Positions 13,230-25,214 of a stretch of 64,000 nt of DNA are shown piece after piece. The DNA is from Mobula hypostoma (lineage: Eukaryota): positions 169,696,001-169,760,000 of the forward strand of contig NC_086097.1 of assembly GCF_963921235.1 (NCBI RefSeq), in the 5' to 3' direction. The notes beneath the pieces were generated by a model, which was given only the letters and a program-made list of their open reading frames with translations, was not told where the DNA came from and ran no database searches. Each line of letters starts with the position of its first letter. Within the stretch, counting starts at the first letter, position 1. The position numbers and the translations under genes are program-made.

Positions 13230-14720
13230 CAATCAAATCTAAAAATAAGGCAGCAACAAGCAGAGCGACTATTGTTGGAGGGGACCAGTGTTAAGAGTGG
13301 AGAGACTTTGACTCAACAAGGTTTGACAAGAACAGGGTTGGGCTAGGAAAATTTTTGGTAAGTTTCTTCTTCATTCTTCATCCGTTAGTGCTGTAAGATT
13401 GGTTCCAGGGGCTGTGTTGTGTTCTGTTGGTGGAGGAGGATTTACACTAATTTGGTAGAGCGGATGGGAACCAGAATGATAGGGGTGAGGATGGGGCAGT
13501 TGGTATACAAGCAGATGCAGTGTACAGTGAAACTGTCTGGAAGGACAGGCAGATGATAAGGCAAAATTGCAGTCAGTAGGATGAGTTGCAGTGTATCATG
13601 GGGACAAATTTGAAAAGGGTAAAGAATGCAGACCTGAAGGTCTTGTATTTGAATACACACAGTATATGGAATAAGGTAGATGATCTAGTAGTGCAGCTAG
13701 ATATTGGCAGGTATGACTTTGTGAGCATCATCGAGTCGAGGCTGAGAGAGATTATAGTTAGATACACATTGTATTAAAAGGACAGACAGGTAAGCAGAGG
13801 GGGTGGGATGGCTCTATTGGTAAAAAATGAAACAAATCCTTAGAAAGAGGTGACATAGGATTAGAAGTTATAGAAATTGCAAGGATAAAAAGACCCTGAT
13901 GGGAGGTATATACCAGCTCTTGATCAGTAGTCAGGACGTGGGCCACAAATTACAATGGGAGATAGAAACGCCATGTCAAGAGGGTAATGTTATGATAGTC
14001 ATGGGCGATTGCAGTATGCAGGCAGTCGATGCTGAATGCTGAATCCCAAGAGACAGAATTTGTCTAAGAGATGGCCTTTTAGAGCAGTTTGTGGTTGAGC
14101 CCACTCGGGGAAAGGCTATTCTGGATTGAGTTTTATGTAATGAAGCAGATTTGATTAGGGAGCTTAAGGTAGCAGTGATCATAACATAATTGAGTTACCC
14201 CCCAATTAGAGAGGAAGAAAATAAAGTCAATTGTATTAGTGTTACAGTGGAGTAATGGGAATTATAGAATGAAAGAGGAGCCAGCCAAAGTTGATTGGAA
14301 AGAGACACTAGCAGGGATGATGACATAGCAGTAACGGCTGGAGTTTCTGGAGCAATCGGAAGGCGCAAGATAGATATATCCTGAAGAAGTAGTAGTATTC
14401 TAAAGACAGGATGACGCAACCATGGCTGGCAAGGAAATTCAAAGACAACATAAAAGCAAGAGAGAGGGCATATAATAGAGCAAAAATTAGTGGGAGGTTA
14501 GAGATTGGGAAGCTTTTAAAAACCCACAGCAACAAGAGAAAATCTGCAGTTGCTGGAAATCCAAGCAACAGAAAATGCTGGAGGAACTCAGCAGGCCAGG
14601 CAGCATCTATGGAAAAGAGTACTGTCGACGTTTCAGGCAAAGACCCTTCAGTAGGACCAATAGAAGACAAGTAAAAAAGCCATAAGGAGGGAAAAGATGA
14701 AATATGAAGGCAGGAGGATA
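13230..14720 (+). mobile_element. Degenerate CR1 LINE (5' region, ORF1 end, endonuclease region), internally deleted
   Basis: LKVLYLNTHSIWNKVDDL endonuclease motif at about 13630-13690, plus PWLARKFKDNIKARERAYN. Many stops and frameshifts. Confidence 0.8.
14529..14657 (-). repeat. Penelope-derived hammerhead-type repeat inserted in CR1
   Basis: Reverse complement reads gtcctactgaagggtctttgcctgaaacgtcgac followed by the family body gatgctgcctggcctgctgagttcctccagca. Confidence 0.75.
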
Positions 14721-14734
14721 CCAAAGATTTTTCA

Positions 14735-14975
14735 TATACGAGTCACTCAGGTACCTGCCTTCTGCAACTTGGGTGTGACTACCTCCCCGTAATTCCTGCC
14801 TCACCTCATTCTCCTGTATGAGCCGAAGGTCATCGAGCTGTAGCTCCAGTTTCTTATAATGTTCTCTGAAGAGCTGCACCTCAGTGCACCTGGTGTAGAT
14901 GTGGTTATCCAGGAGGCTGGAGGTCTCTCAGAATTCCCACATCTCACAAACAGAACACAATTTGGCCCCGGAACC
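14735..14975 (-). mobile_element. CR1 ORF1 N-terminal fragment
   Basis: QLFREHYKKLELQLDDLRLIQENE preceded by a Cys-containing segment, as in chondrichthyan CR1 ORF1. Confidence 0.6.
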
Positions 14976-17120
14976 TATGGTGTATCAATTAAAATTGGTG
15001 AGGGTCAAAGGGGACATGCCAAATTTCTCTAGCCTCTGAAGTAGAGGCACCAGTAAGCTTTCCTGGTCATGGCATCAATGTGGTTGGCAGTATTCACTCC
15101 TCGGAACTTGAAACTCTGAACCGTTTTGACCGGAGCACCGTTGATGTAAACAGGACTGTGTGCACCACTTCTTTTCCTGAAGTCAATGACCAGCTTTTTT
15201 GTTTTGATGACACCTCAACCATTATTTCTGGCAGCTCATTCCAAATACGCACTATGCTTTGCATGAAGGGACTGCCTCTGATGTCTCTTGAATTTCTTGC
15301 CTCTGATCTTAACCTATGCCCCAATGAAAAGGCTATGTCCTTTCACCTCATGTCCCTCAAGATCTTATACAACTTTATTTATTTAGTAGATTAAATGAGG
15401 AAAAAGCAAGTGGATGTGTGCATTTTATTTTCAGAAGGCTTTTGAAAAGGTGCTGCACAGGAGAGTAGTGACCAAGGTTAGAGCACATGGAGTTATGGGT
15501 AATCTACTAACGTGCCTTGAAAATTGGTTAACATAGCATGTCACTACAGTAAAGTAGATTCTTCTCAAGTTGCCAGGCTGTTACCAATGTGCTCAGACCC
15601 AATTATATATTTTTTTTAAATCAATGATTTTTCCAAATTCCAAAATAAAAGAAAAATTGATCTCCTTACCAACATACTTGCTATAGAAGGAATACACTGA
15701 AGATTCATTTGACAGCTATTTGGAAAGGCCATTCTGTCATACAAGGAGAAATTAAATAGGCTGGGCCTCTTATCCTCTGGAATTTAAAATTAGAGATGAC
15801 CTCACTGAAAAATATAAGATTCAGAGAGGGCTTGACAGGGTGGATTTTCCCCGACTAATCTGAAGAATCTAAAACTAGATTAAAGTTGCTTCACCGAGAT
15901 TAATAAATATTTAGAATTCTTTGTCCTGGACCTCAATGAGGCCATCTCACTAACTACATTCAAAATTGAGATTAACAGTTTTCTGGACATCGAAACAATC
16001 AACAATTTGGGAATAGGGCATAATAATGGTACTTAATAGAGAAGACTGGTCATGAACTTTGAATGGTGAAGTAGACTTGGAAGAAGACAGGAAACCAGCC
16101 TATTCTAGTTTCCATTTTTTGTTCGTCCTGTCACGAATCAACAACCAGCGTAAAATCTTTGCTTTCCATTGAAAATACTGGGAAGCAAGGTTGCAGGTGT
16201 AGAAAGTAAACTACATGCAACTTAAACCTTTTTTGGTACCTGGGATGGCCTTTTATTCATAGGGATCAACATGGAGAGGTGGAACACTATTCAGAATGGC
16301 TTTGACAATCAGCAGGGCCCCATCTCTAGTTGTTGATGCTGCCAAGGTGACTATAGCTTGTGCATCTCTTCAGAATCAAAAACATTCTGAATTTAACAAA
16401 AGAACAATCTCACTGAAACACTATGCTGTGTATGTTAACAGTATTATGTTTCTTTGTAAAGTAATCTATCCCTATGATAAACTAAAATGCTGGAAGTATG
16501 ACATGCGACAGAAAATTCTGTATGTTTACATCAGGATCATTGTATTCCATTTTAAACTTTATAGCAAACTGAACATTTGCAGAATTAAAACAGCTCTGTA
16601 GCTAGTAGGATAAGCAGATTATGAATTTAATGCTCAACACCAATGAAACATCTTTTGCAAATATTCAGGGTTTGCTTGGCTTTCAATTGATTGCTGATTT
16701 AAAATAGCCCTTAAACCTGATAAGATGCTCAGTAGAAATTGCATCCTATTTGAATTTCAGAATAAATCAATTTTGAGTTTTCAGACTGTAGTACATGTTG
16801 CAGTCTAATAGCTCATCAAATTGTTATGCACTCATTCTATTTTTAGTTACATGGACTTTTAACTGATGATTGATTCAGGCCAGTCACAGTACAAATAATG
16901 AATGGGACCACTATAATGATACCAGGTAATATGTGGACAGATCAGTCAGCTTGGAAAGCTGTACCAGTCTACGTAACTCATTTGGATTCTATAAAGCTTT
17001 CACCAATACGGTTTAGGTGTTCATGTGGCCAGGACTTAACTCTAGGGGAGGTCTGCAATTCAAACTGATGAGGAACATCCCAGCTGCCTGTCCAGTGAGG
17101 TCTGAGGCAGATGATATATA

Positions 17121-18674
17121 CAGGTGTCCCCTGCTTTTCGAACGTTCGCCTTACGAAACCTCATGGTTACGAAAGTCCTACATTAGTACCCTATTTTCGC
17201 TTTCAGAAGGTGTTTTCACTGTTACAAAAAAATATTCAGCGCGCGATAAAAGGCAGCGCGCCCCGAGCAGCTGCTCTCCCCCGGATTCTCGCTGGCATTG
17301 CTTAAACACGAGCCTGTGAGCAGCCGTTTGCAAGATGAGGTATCGGAAAAGCCTGAAAGAGCTTGTAAGGGTGTTACACTTACGATAAAACTAGACATAA
17401 TTAAGCGTTTTGATCGTGGTGAACGAAGTAAGGACAACGTGAGTTTGGCTTGTAGAAGCTGATGAAGGTGATGTTGAAGAGGTTTTGGCATCCCATCACC
17501 AAGAACTGACAAGATGAAGAGCTGATGCAATTGGAAGAAAAAAGGATAACAATCGAAACCGAATGAGTCATGATAAAGTACGACTTTAATTTTGAAAGGG
17601 TACGTCGGTTTAGGGGATATTTGCAGGATGGTTTGAGTCCTCATTAAAGAACTGTGTGATAGAAAAATGCGTGAGGCTCAGCAGTCAAGCAAGCCTTCCA
17701 CATCAGCCACAGCAGACGACGAACCTCGACCTTCGACATCGAGGTGGGCAGTCATAGGAGAAGATGAGCTGCCTGCTCTAATGGAAACAGACGACGAGAT
17801 GACACCCCAGTGTCCCACCACCCCAACCCCCGGGCCACGGACAGATACCGATTCGCAGAGAATGCAAAGGTAGCCGGGAGGCACACAGCACATCTTTAAG
17901 AAAAAAGCCGAAATAAACATGCTAATTAATTGGGGGCCGCTGACACGTAATTGTCGGCCCAGATCAGAGACGACGCAATCGGAAATCGGCACTGATCTGG
18001 GCCGACAATTACGGGCAGCACCTAATTAATTAGCTTGTTTATTTCGGCTTTTTTCTTAAAGATGTGCTGTGTACCTCCTGGCTACTGCTGCACCCCTGCA
18101 TGCTTCGCAGCAATGTATCGCTCAGTGGCCTGGAGGGTGGGGGGCCACTGCACCACCCAAACTCCGACGACTCAGTCTAACACACCATCATCAGTGTGCT
18201 CGGCGCTGAACCAATTCCAGTAAGTGATACTACACTGTACATACATTATTTCTACTTTATATCGGCTGTGTATTTTTACGTGTTATTTGGTATGATTTGG
18301 CAGCTTCATAGCTTAAAGGTTACTGGAGAGCGCTTGTGCGTGTTTTTGCCAACAGGGCTTGCATGAAATTTTCTGCCGACGGCACTTGTGTGAGACTTTC
18401 GCTCTGGAGAACAGTTCAGTAATGATTATGGAAAAGTATTTTTACTTTATATAGGCTGTGTATTTATCATATCATTCCTGCTTTTACTATATGTTACTGT
18501 TATTTTAGATTTTATGTGTTATTTGGCATGATTTGGTAGGTTATTTTTGGGTCTGCGAACGCTCACAATATTTTCCCATATAAATAAATGGTAATTGCTT
18601 CTTCGCTTTAGGACATTTTGGCTTACGAACCGTTTCACAGGAATGCTCTACCTTCGGATGGCAGGGGAAACCTG
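17121..18674 (+). mobile_element. pogo/Tigger-type DNA transposon deletion derivative with TIRs and TA duplication
   Basis: TA|CAGGTGTCCCCTGC at 17121 and GCAGGGGAAACCTG|TA ending at 18674. Remnant N-terminal psq/CENP-B-like HTH (SEKPERACKGVTLTIKLDIIKRFDRGERSKD, about 17340-17436) is fused to acidic C-terminal remnants (EADEGDVEEVLASH, DEELMQLEEK). The DDE core is missing. Confidence 0.88.
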
Positions 18675-18817
18675 TATCATTAAAAAGAGCTACTGTTGCG
18701 GGATGATAAGACTAGAAAGAAGTGAGGTAGGCTTGAGTTTTGAAATGATGAAATGTTTCAGTAATAGTGTTAAGTGTTTGGAATTCTATTTCACAAACTA
18801 AAAAGGAACAGGTGGTC

Positions 18818-19165
18818 AAGAAACACACATAAAAGTTGCTGGTGAACGCAGCAGGCCAGGCAGCATCTCTAGGAAGAAGTGCAGTCGACGTTTCAGGCCG
18901 AGACACTTCGTCAGGACTAACTGAAGGAAGAGTGAGTAAGGGATTTGAAAGTTGGAGGGGGAGGGGGAGATCCAAAATGATAGGAGAAGACAGGAGGGGG
19001 AGGGATGGAGCCAAGAGCTGGACAGGTGATAGGCAAAAGGGATACGAGAGGATCATGGGACAGGAGGCCCGGGGAGAAAGACAAGGGGGGGGGAACCCAG
19101 AGGATGGGCAAGAGGTATATTCAGAGGGACAGAGGGAGAAAAAGGAGAGTGAGAGAAAGAATGTG
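18818..19165 (-). mobile_element. Penelope-like pLTR fragment containing a hammerhead motif
   Basis: A pyrimidine-rich tract (minus strand) is followed by ttcagttagtcctgacgaagtgtctcggcctgaaacgtcgactg and the family body. Same layout as the GIY-YIG-bearing copy at 53172-53676. Confidence 0.82.
18883..18918 (-). ncRNA. Minimal type I hammerhead ribozyme motif (putative)
   Basis: AGUC-CUGACGA-A-GUGUCUCGGCCU-GAAA-CGUC-GACU. Core intact, stem I AGUC/GACU, stem II imperfect. Confidence 0.6.
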
Positions 19166-20347
19166 TAATTTAGAATGTGTGGTCAAGATTTAGCTTTGAA
19201 TCTGAGGTGAGTAAGAATTTTTATTCTAAGACTGTAAAGGAAAGCAGGCCAAAAGTTGGTATTAGGAGTTACGTCACAGATCAGTTGTGATCTCACAAAG
19301 AGCTAAATAGTTTCATCCTCAATTCAGTGCCCCTTCATAGTAAATGCTAATTTGATTGCTGTCAGTTACATAGAAGAACATTCTGTGGGTCATATTACAA
19401 TTCTGTCCGATACAGTGGAAAGTTAAGGAAGAAGATTTCAAAATCAATTATAACTTGATTTGGTACTCTATATCTGTATTTCAATCATCTTCCGCATGGA
19501 ATAGGTATTCCTGTAACAAAACTAATTTATGGTCACATAAGCAAGTTTTCAAGGTATAATTACTGCTAATTTATTTTTAGTTGCCAATGTTCAAAGTCAC
19601 AATTGCTGGACTTGTCAAATTAATGAACTTTAAATAAAGTCAAAATAATTTAAATTTAATTTAAAGAAGCCAAAAGAGAGAATTAATAATTGGAATCTGA
19701 GTAACATTCTTCAGCTTCTTCAGTATTTACTCTTGGACTGCATCAGGTCTTAAAATCTGGACATGTTCTGAACATTTTGAATCCAATATTCCATTCAGCT
19801 AAAGCATACAGACTTGCCCAGCACATAACCTATGCATTAACACAAGCTAAAGCATAACAGACATGCATTACTTAAAATCCTCAGATGAAAAGCTTTGTTT
19901 TATTTACAAACAAAACCACAAATCTAAACTGGAGATCGAGTGTCATACATTACTTAGAATGACTCCTTGCTATAATTACCCTAGGTTGTGACAGAATATG
20001 ACAAATCGGAATAATTTGCTTTGACTTCGTAACTCAATAATTGTGGTATAAAAATGGGAAGCCCGTATAAATTTGAAGAAGGCAGATGATCCTGAACATT
20101 ATTAGAGGTGGAAAGTATAAGAGGTTGGAAAACTTGCTAAACCTTTAATAAAATATTAGTGAGACCTCAAGTGGAGTTTGGTAGCCAATTCTGGCCCCGT
20201 ATTTAGAAAAGGCTCAGATTTAGTCCACAAGACACAGGAGCAGAATTAGGCTGTTCAGCCCACCAAGCCTGTGCCATCATTTGATCATGGCTGATCCATT
20301 TCTCTCTCAATCCCATTCTCCTGCCTTCTCCTCACAATCTTCCATGC

Positions 20348-20785
20348 CCTGACATCCACCTGGTCTCAGAGGCATCAAAATATATCATCCTGCTAGAGCT
20401 GACGGTGCCTTTGGAGGAGCATATGGAAGAGGCCCGTGAGAGGAAGCTTGCCAGATACAGGAATTGGTCAGTGACAGTTGGAGCGGGGATGGAAGGAAGT
20501 GCATGCCTATTGAAGTGGGCTGCTTTGGCTTCGCTGGACAGTCACTTCACAGAGCCCTCAGCGCATTGGGCATTGCTAATTCAAGGAGGCAGAGCGCCAC
20601 TGGCAACAACACTGAGGCAGCAGAGAAAGCCTCAAGATGGCTCTGGATGAGGAGAGCAAGTCCATGGTGATCTGCAGCACATGCTATATGAATACAAGTC
20701 GCCTGGGTGAGGATGTCTGATGTTGAAAGACCTGAAACACCCAGTGACTACAAATTACATCACTGATGATGTGTTCAGAGCATAG
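20348..20785 (+). mobile_element. R2-superclade (HERO/NeSL-like) non-LTR retrotransposon 3' fragment with restriction-like endonuclease
   Basis: Reads PDIHLVSEASKYIILLELTVPLEEHMEEARERKLARY then, after a frameshift, CMPIEVGCFGFAGQSLHRAL. This is the PD-(D/E)xK RLE signature. Confidence 0.8.
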
Positions 20786-21206
20786 TGAAGTATATTCTTC
20801 AAAACAAGAATCTATCAATCTCTTCCTTAAATATACTCAATGACCTGGCCTCCACAGGTGCCTGTGGCAATGAATTCCACAGATTCACCACCCTCTGGCT
20901 AAAGAAATTCCTCATCTCTGTTCTAAATGGATGTCCCTCTATTATGAGGTTCTACACTCTGCTCCTAGACTCCCTCACTATTGGAAACATCCTCTCCACA
21001 TCCACTTTTTCTAAAAAAGTTCAAAGTTTCAAAAATACAAGATTAATTTATTATCAAAGTATACAACTCTGAAATTCTTCTTCTCCTAGAGCTTTCAACA
21101 CTTGATGGGTTTTGATGAGATCACCCCACTCATTCTTTTGAATTCCAGTGAGTACAGGCCCAGAGCCATCAAACACCCTTAACATGTAAGGCCTTTCAAT
21201 CCCAGA

Positions 21207-21580
21207 CACAAGGAAATCTGCAGATGCTGGAAATTCAAGCAACACACACAAAATGCTGGTGGAATGCAGCACAGTAGGAAGAGGTACAGTCGATGTTTTG
21301 GGCCGAGACCCTTCGTCAGGACTAACTGAAAGAAGAGATAGTAAGAGATTGGAAAGTGGGAGGGGGAGGGGGAGATTTGAAATGATAGAAGACAGGAGGG
21401 GAAGGGATGAAGCTAAGAGCTGGACAGTTGATTGTATTTCGATTCTCCCCCTCTCCCAATTTTTTACTATCTCTTCTTTCAGTTAGTCCTGACGAAGGGT
21501 CTCAGCCCGAAACGTCATCTGTGCTTCTTCCTATAGATGCTGCCTGGCCTGCTGCGTTCACCAGCATTTTGTGTGTGTTG
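21207..21580. mobile_element. Fold-back Penelope-derived element with two opposed hammerhead motifs and 14-bp TSD
   Basis: TSD ctttcaatcccaga at 21193-21206 and 21581-21594. Minus-strand arm motif at 21288-21323, plus-strand motif agtcctgacgaagggtctcagcccgaaacgtc at 21485-21516. Confidence 0.9.
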
Positions 21581-22723
21581 CTTTCAATCCCAGAATCATT
21601 TTCATGAACCTCCTTTGAACCTTCTCCAATGTCAGCACATCCTTTCTTAGATTAGGGGCCCAAAACTGCTCACAATACTCCAAGTGAGGCCTCACCAGTG
21701 CTTTATAAATTATCAGCATTACATCCTTGTTTTTATATTCTAGCTCTCTCGAAATGAATGCTAACATTGCATTTGCCTTCATGACCACCAACTCAGCCTG
21801 CGAGTTGACCTTTAGGGAATCCTGCACAAGGGCTCATAAGTCCTTTTGCACCTCGTATTTTGGAATTTTATCTCTGTTTAGAAAATACTCTATGCTTTTA
21901 TTCCTTCAGCCAAAGTGCATGACCATATACCTCCCTACACTGCATTTCATCTGCCACTTCTTTGCCCATTCTTGTAACCCAAGTCCTTCAGCAGCCTCCC
22001 TGCTTCCTTAACACTAGCTGCCCCTCAACCTATCTTCATTTTACATCAATGGTACCAGGGGTAAGTGGCTTCCACTGTGAAAGAGGGCATGTTTTCCTTT
22101 AAATTTGAAGGACATCTTTATTCTGATAAAGGCAGGTGAAGTTATTTCTAGCTGTTAAAAGTAGGTAACTACAAATCATGAAAAGCACAGAATAAACAAA
22201 ATGGAACAGGCAAAAATGTTTTCAGGACTGAACGGGAAGAGGAGTGGGATTAGAAAGCTAACTCTTTGTAAGAGTTTGCATGGGCATAATCAGACATGCA
22301 TCCTTGCTACATCATTCACTCTATGGCTAAAATCATTATCCTACGGTGCAGATATATGTATCATTATTAATGTGATCATTTTTCTCACTTCTATCTGGTC
22401 CTTAATCAAATTCTTTACCAGGCAGCTTGGCCAAGAAAACATGCAACCCAATATCTCTTTTCAGACATGCAGTCTTGTACAAACCTGGCTACTACACTGA
22501 AGCCAATTTTGGAACGATTCAGGCTTCACTGAACAGTGTTTACCATTGTGACTTTGGCAAAAGAAAATGTAAGTTTTTAAACAGCTTTAAAAAAAAATAA
22601 GAAAAAATTCAGGAATGATGCAAAATTCTAAACTTAGATTTGGTAGTAATGTTCGACAAATGAGGATTCAACTTAAGTTTTGTTATCTAAAGACATGTTA
22701 TTGTAAGCACGTGACATACTTAC

Positions 22724-23214
22724 TTTAACGCTGCATAATAAAATGTACCAAACCATATGCTTGATGTCAACAAATGCACTGGGATCATGACCTTCCCATA
22801 TTGCTTGAATGTCTTTTTGAATCGCTGATATAGACCAATTGAGTGGTCGTGGAGAGGATCCTTTTCCACATCTGCTACTTCTTGTTTTGGGGTTGTCTCA
22901 GAAAAGTATGTTTCTTGAACTGAGTCTGATAAAGTGTCTTGATCAGGATCACTCCTTGGTATAGACTTAGGGTCATCTGACTTGGCTTTCTCAGTGTCCA
23001 CGTGCTTTGCGGATGATGGTTCTGCTTGGAAATTCGGCTTTCGCTGTTCCAAGGCAACAACTGGGCGAGACATGTGCAGGAGCTGTCCCTGATGAGGGAT
23101 AAGAAAAGGCATCTTCCCACATGTAGCTGGAAGTATGCGAGAGACACACTGTCGGACATTACAAGCTTGCTTTGAGTGCAGTTTGAGGACAGTTTGAAGG
23201 AAGTAACTCTGCAT
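22724..23214 (-). CDS. FAM210A: FAM210A-like, first coding exon (mitochondrial presequence-like N-terminus, start of DUF1279)
   Basis: ATG at 23214. DPLHDHSIGLYQRFKKTFKQYGKVMIPVHLLTSSIWFGTFYYAAL matches FAM210A. Donor TTAAA|gtaagt at 22724/22723 (phase 2). Spliced CDS is 491+112+234=837 nt, 278 aa. Confidence 0.95.
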
Positions 23215-23869
23215 GTTTAAGTTTCCAGTTTGATGATTTCTAGTCTAATGACAGAAGAACTGGAAGGAAAACAAAGTGTTACAAATGCAGTTTCCAATCA
23301 GTTTAATCATTGCACATTATAGACTCACCTTGCACTTAAAATGCCAAACAATTTTACAATTGCTTTCTCTTCAATGTAAGCTTTAACCTTGAATTTACTG
23401 CCAATGGTCTATTCTGAAATGGAATCATTGTTTCATGGTTATATGTGGCAGCCAACTTGTGCTGCTATTTTTGTGAGACGAAGCTAAGCAATCAGCCCAT
23501 CCACTGTGTTGTTTTTCCAAAGGTGAATTAGGGGAGGGGGCATTCCCAAAAAGGGGCATTTTAAATTAGGTCATCATAACTCCTGCTTGCACCTTATAAT
23601 AGTTTAATATTTTGCCAGCAAGATGAAATCTGTGCGAATATCTTCTTAAGACTTAAATCACTTATACAAATTGAACCAGTGGCACTGATCAGAATGCAAG
23701 ATTTTACTTTGGAAAGCTGGTACTTTTATCTAAGTTGCTATTAATTTTTCACTTCCTTCTCTCCCTACACTTTTTTTTTAATCCATTTCTCAATTTACAG
23801 TGTTCTCAGTATTTTCAGGTTCTCCTCTCCAGTCTTGCTATCTACCTGGCTTCCTCACCATTTTATAAA

Positions 23870-24061
23870 CAAGAAAAAAATTTGCAGATGCTGGAAATCA
23901 AAGGAAAACACACAAAATGCTGGAGGAACTCAGCAGGTCATACAGCATTTACAGAAAAGAGTACACAGTTGATGCTTCGGGCTGAAACCTGAAACGTCGA
24001 CTGTACTCTTCTCCATAGATACTGCCTGGACTGCTGAGTTCCTCCAGCATTTTGTGTGTGG
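23870..24061. mobile_element. Fold-back Penelope-derived mini element, 7-bp TSD
   Basis: Inverted arms cacacaaaatgctggaggaactcagcag / ctgctgagttcctccagcattttgtgtg. ttataaa at 23863-23869 and 24062-24068. Confidence 0.8.
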
Positions 24062-25214
24062 TTATAAAGATTTTCCCCACTTCACTATTGACAATGCTGC
24101 TATACTCTGAAAAATTCTCTCAATATGGGAATTGTTCTGTTAAACTGACAGATTTTCATGTTACTCTGTTGCTTTAGAAAGATGTGATAGGTAATCTAGA
24201 GAAGAAAACTGCCTGGATGTCATGAAAATTTTCAGCTAAACAGACAGCAAGCATGGATTGTAAACTGTAGGTTATGCTTAAGTAGCCTGGATGAAATTTA
24301 AGGATGGATGTTTTGTAGATAGTATTGATATGTACTTCCAAATGCATCTGAAAATCTCTAAGGCAAAGTTTTAAAAAAAAATCACAGAATTAAAGGCAAA
24401 TTTCTGATTTACTGAAGGTGTAGGCTAGTAACAGGAGAATGAGATGAGAAATAATGGCCAGGTATTCAAACTAACAAGATGTAATCTGTGGCAGTGTCCG
24501 AAGAAATGTTAGGGTATTAGCTGCTCTCCTTAACTCTAAATAATTTACACAGTGGATTAGAAATCCAGATATCCAAATCTGGAAATGCCAATTGATGGAC
24601 ATTAGCAGCTTAGCGAGAAGAGTTACACTGCCAATACATGTCAATAGATTCAGTGAAAGTACTGCTACTACACTTTAAACTACCCTACATGGCTGCTACT
24701 TAACAGGTGAGGTAACTTTTTATTTGGAGGTATATGTTTGAGCCTGACTAAATTACTTGAGCTAAGCAAATGACATGTATCAAATTCAGGTCAAGTTAGC
24801 TGTTTTTTTTAAGGTTTGGCTGAGCTGGCTTGGCTCAGTACTCTATTCAAGCCAGTTCTTGATGAGAAACAATCCATTTGCAGCATAACAATACCTTTCT
24901 TTTTGTTTTTATACATACCCCTGGGTCAGGTCATAGGATGAAAAAAAAGAGGTTCAGGTTAAGAGTGGCCATGACCTCATTAATTTCAGATAGATTTTAA
25001 TTTGAATCCAAGCAAACTGCGAATTTGTGTCTCCTGTCTCAGTGCCCAGAAAACAAATAATTAAAATTTTCAATCTTTTATTTAAATTTTCCTATTATCA
25101 CATTTTCCTATAATTTATTGTTTCTTGTTTGGATTTTAATGTATCCTATTTCTTTTTATCATTCATTTCTTTCTCAATTCTGAAATCTCAACGCTAAGGT
25201 ATTGGCCTCATTTC

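Larger units (their letters stand above)
20225..22040 (-). mobile_element. CR1 LINE 3' portion, interrupted by a HERO-like fragment and a fold-back Penelope element
   Basis: YKALVRPHLEYCEQFWAP (ORF 21558-21827) and a CR1 3' UTR at about 20225-20350. Confidence 0.88.
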
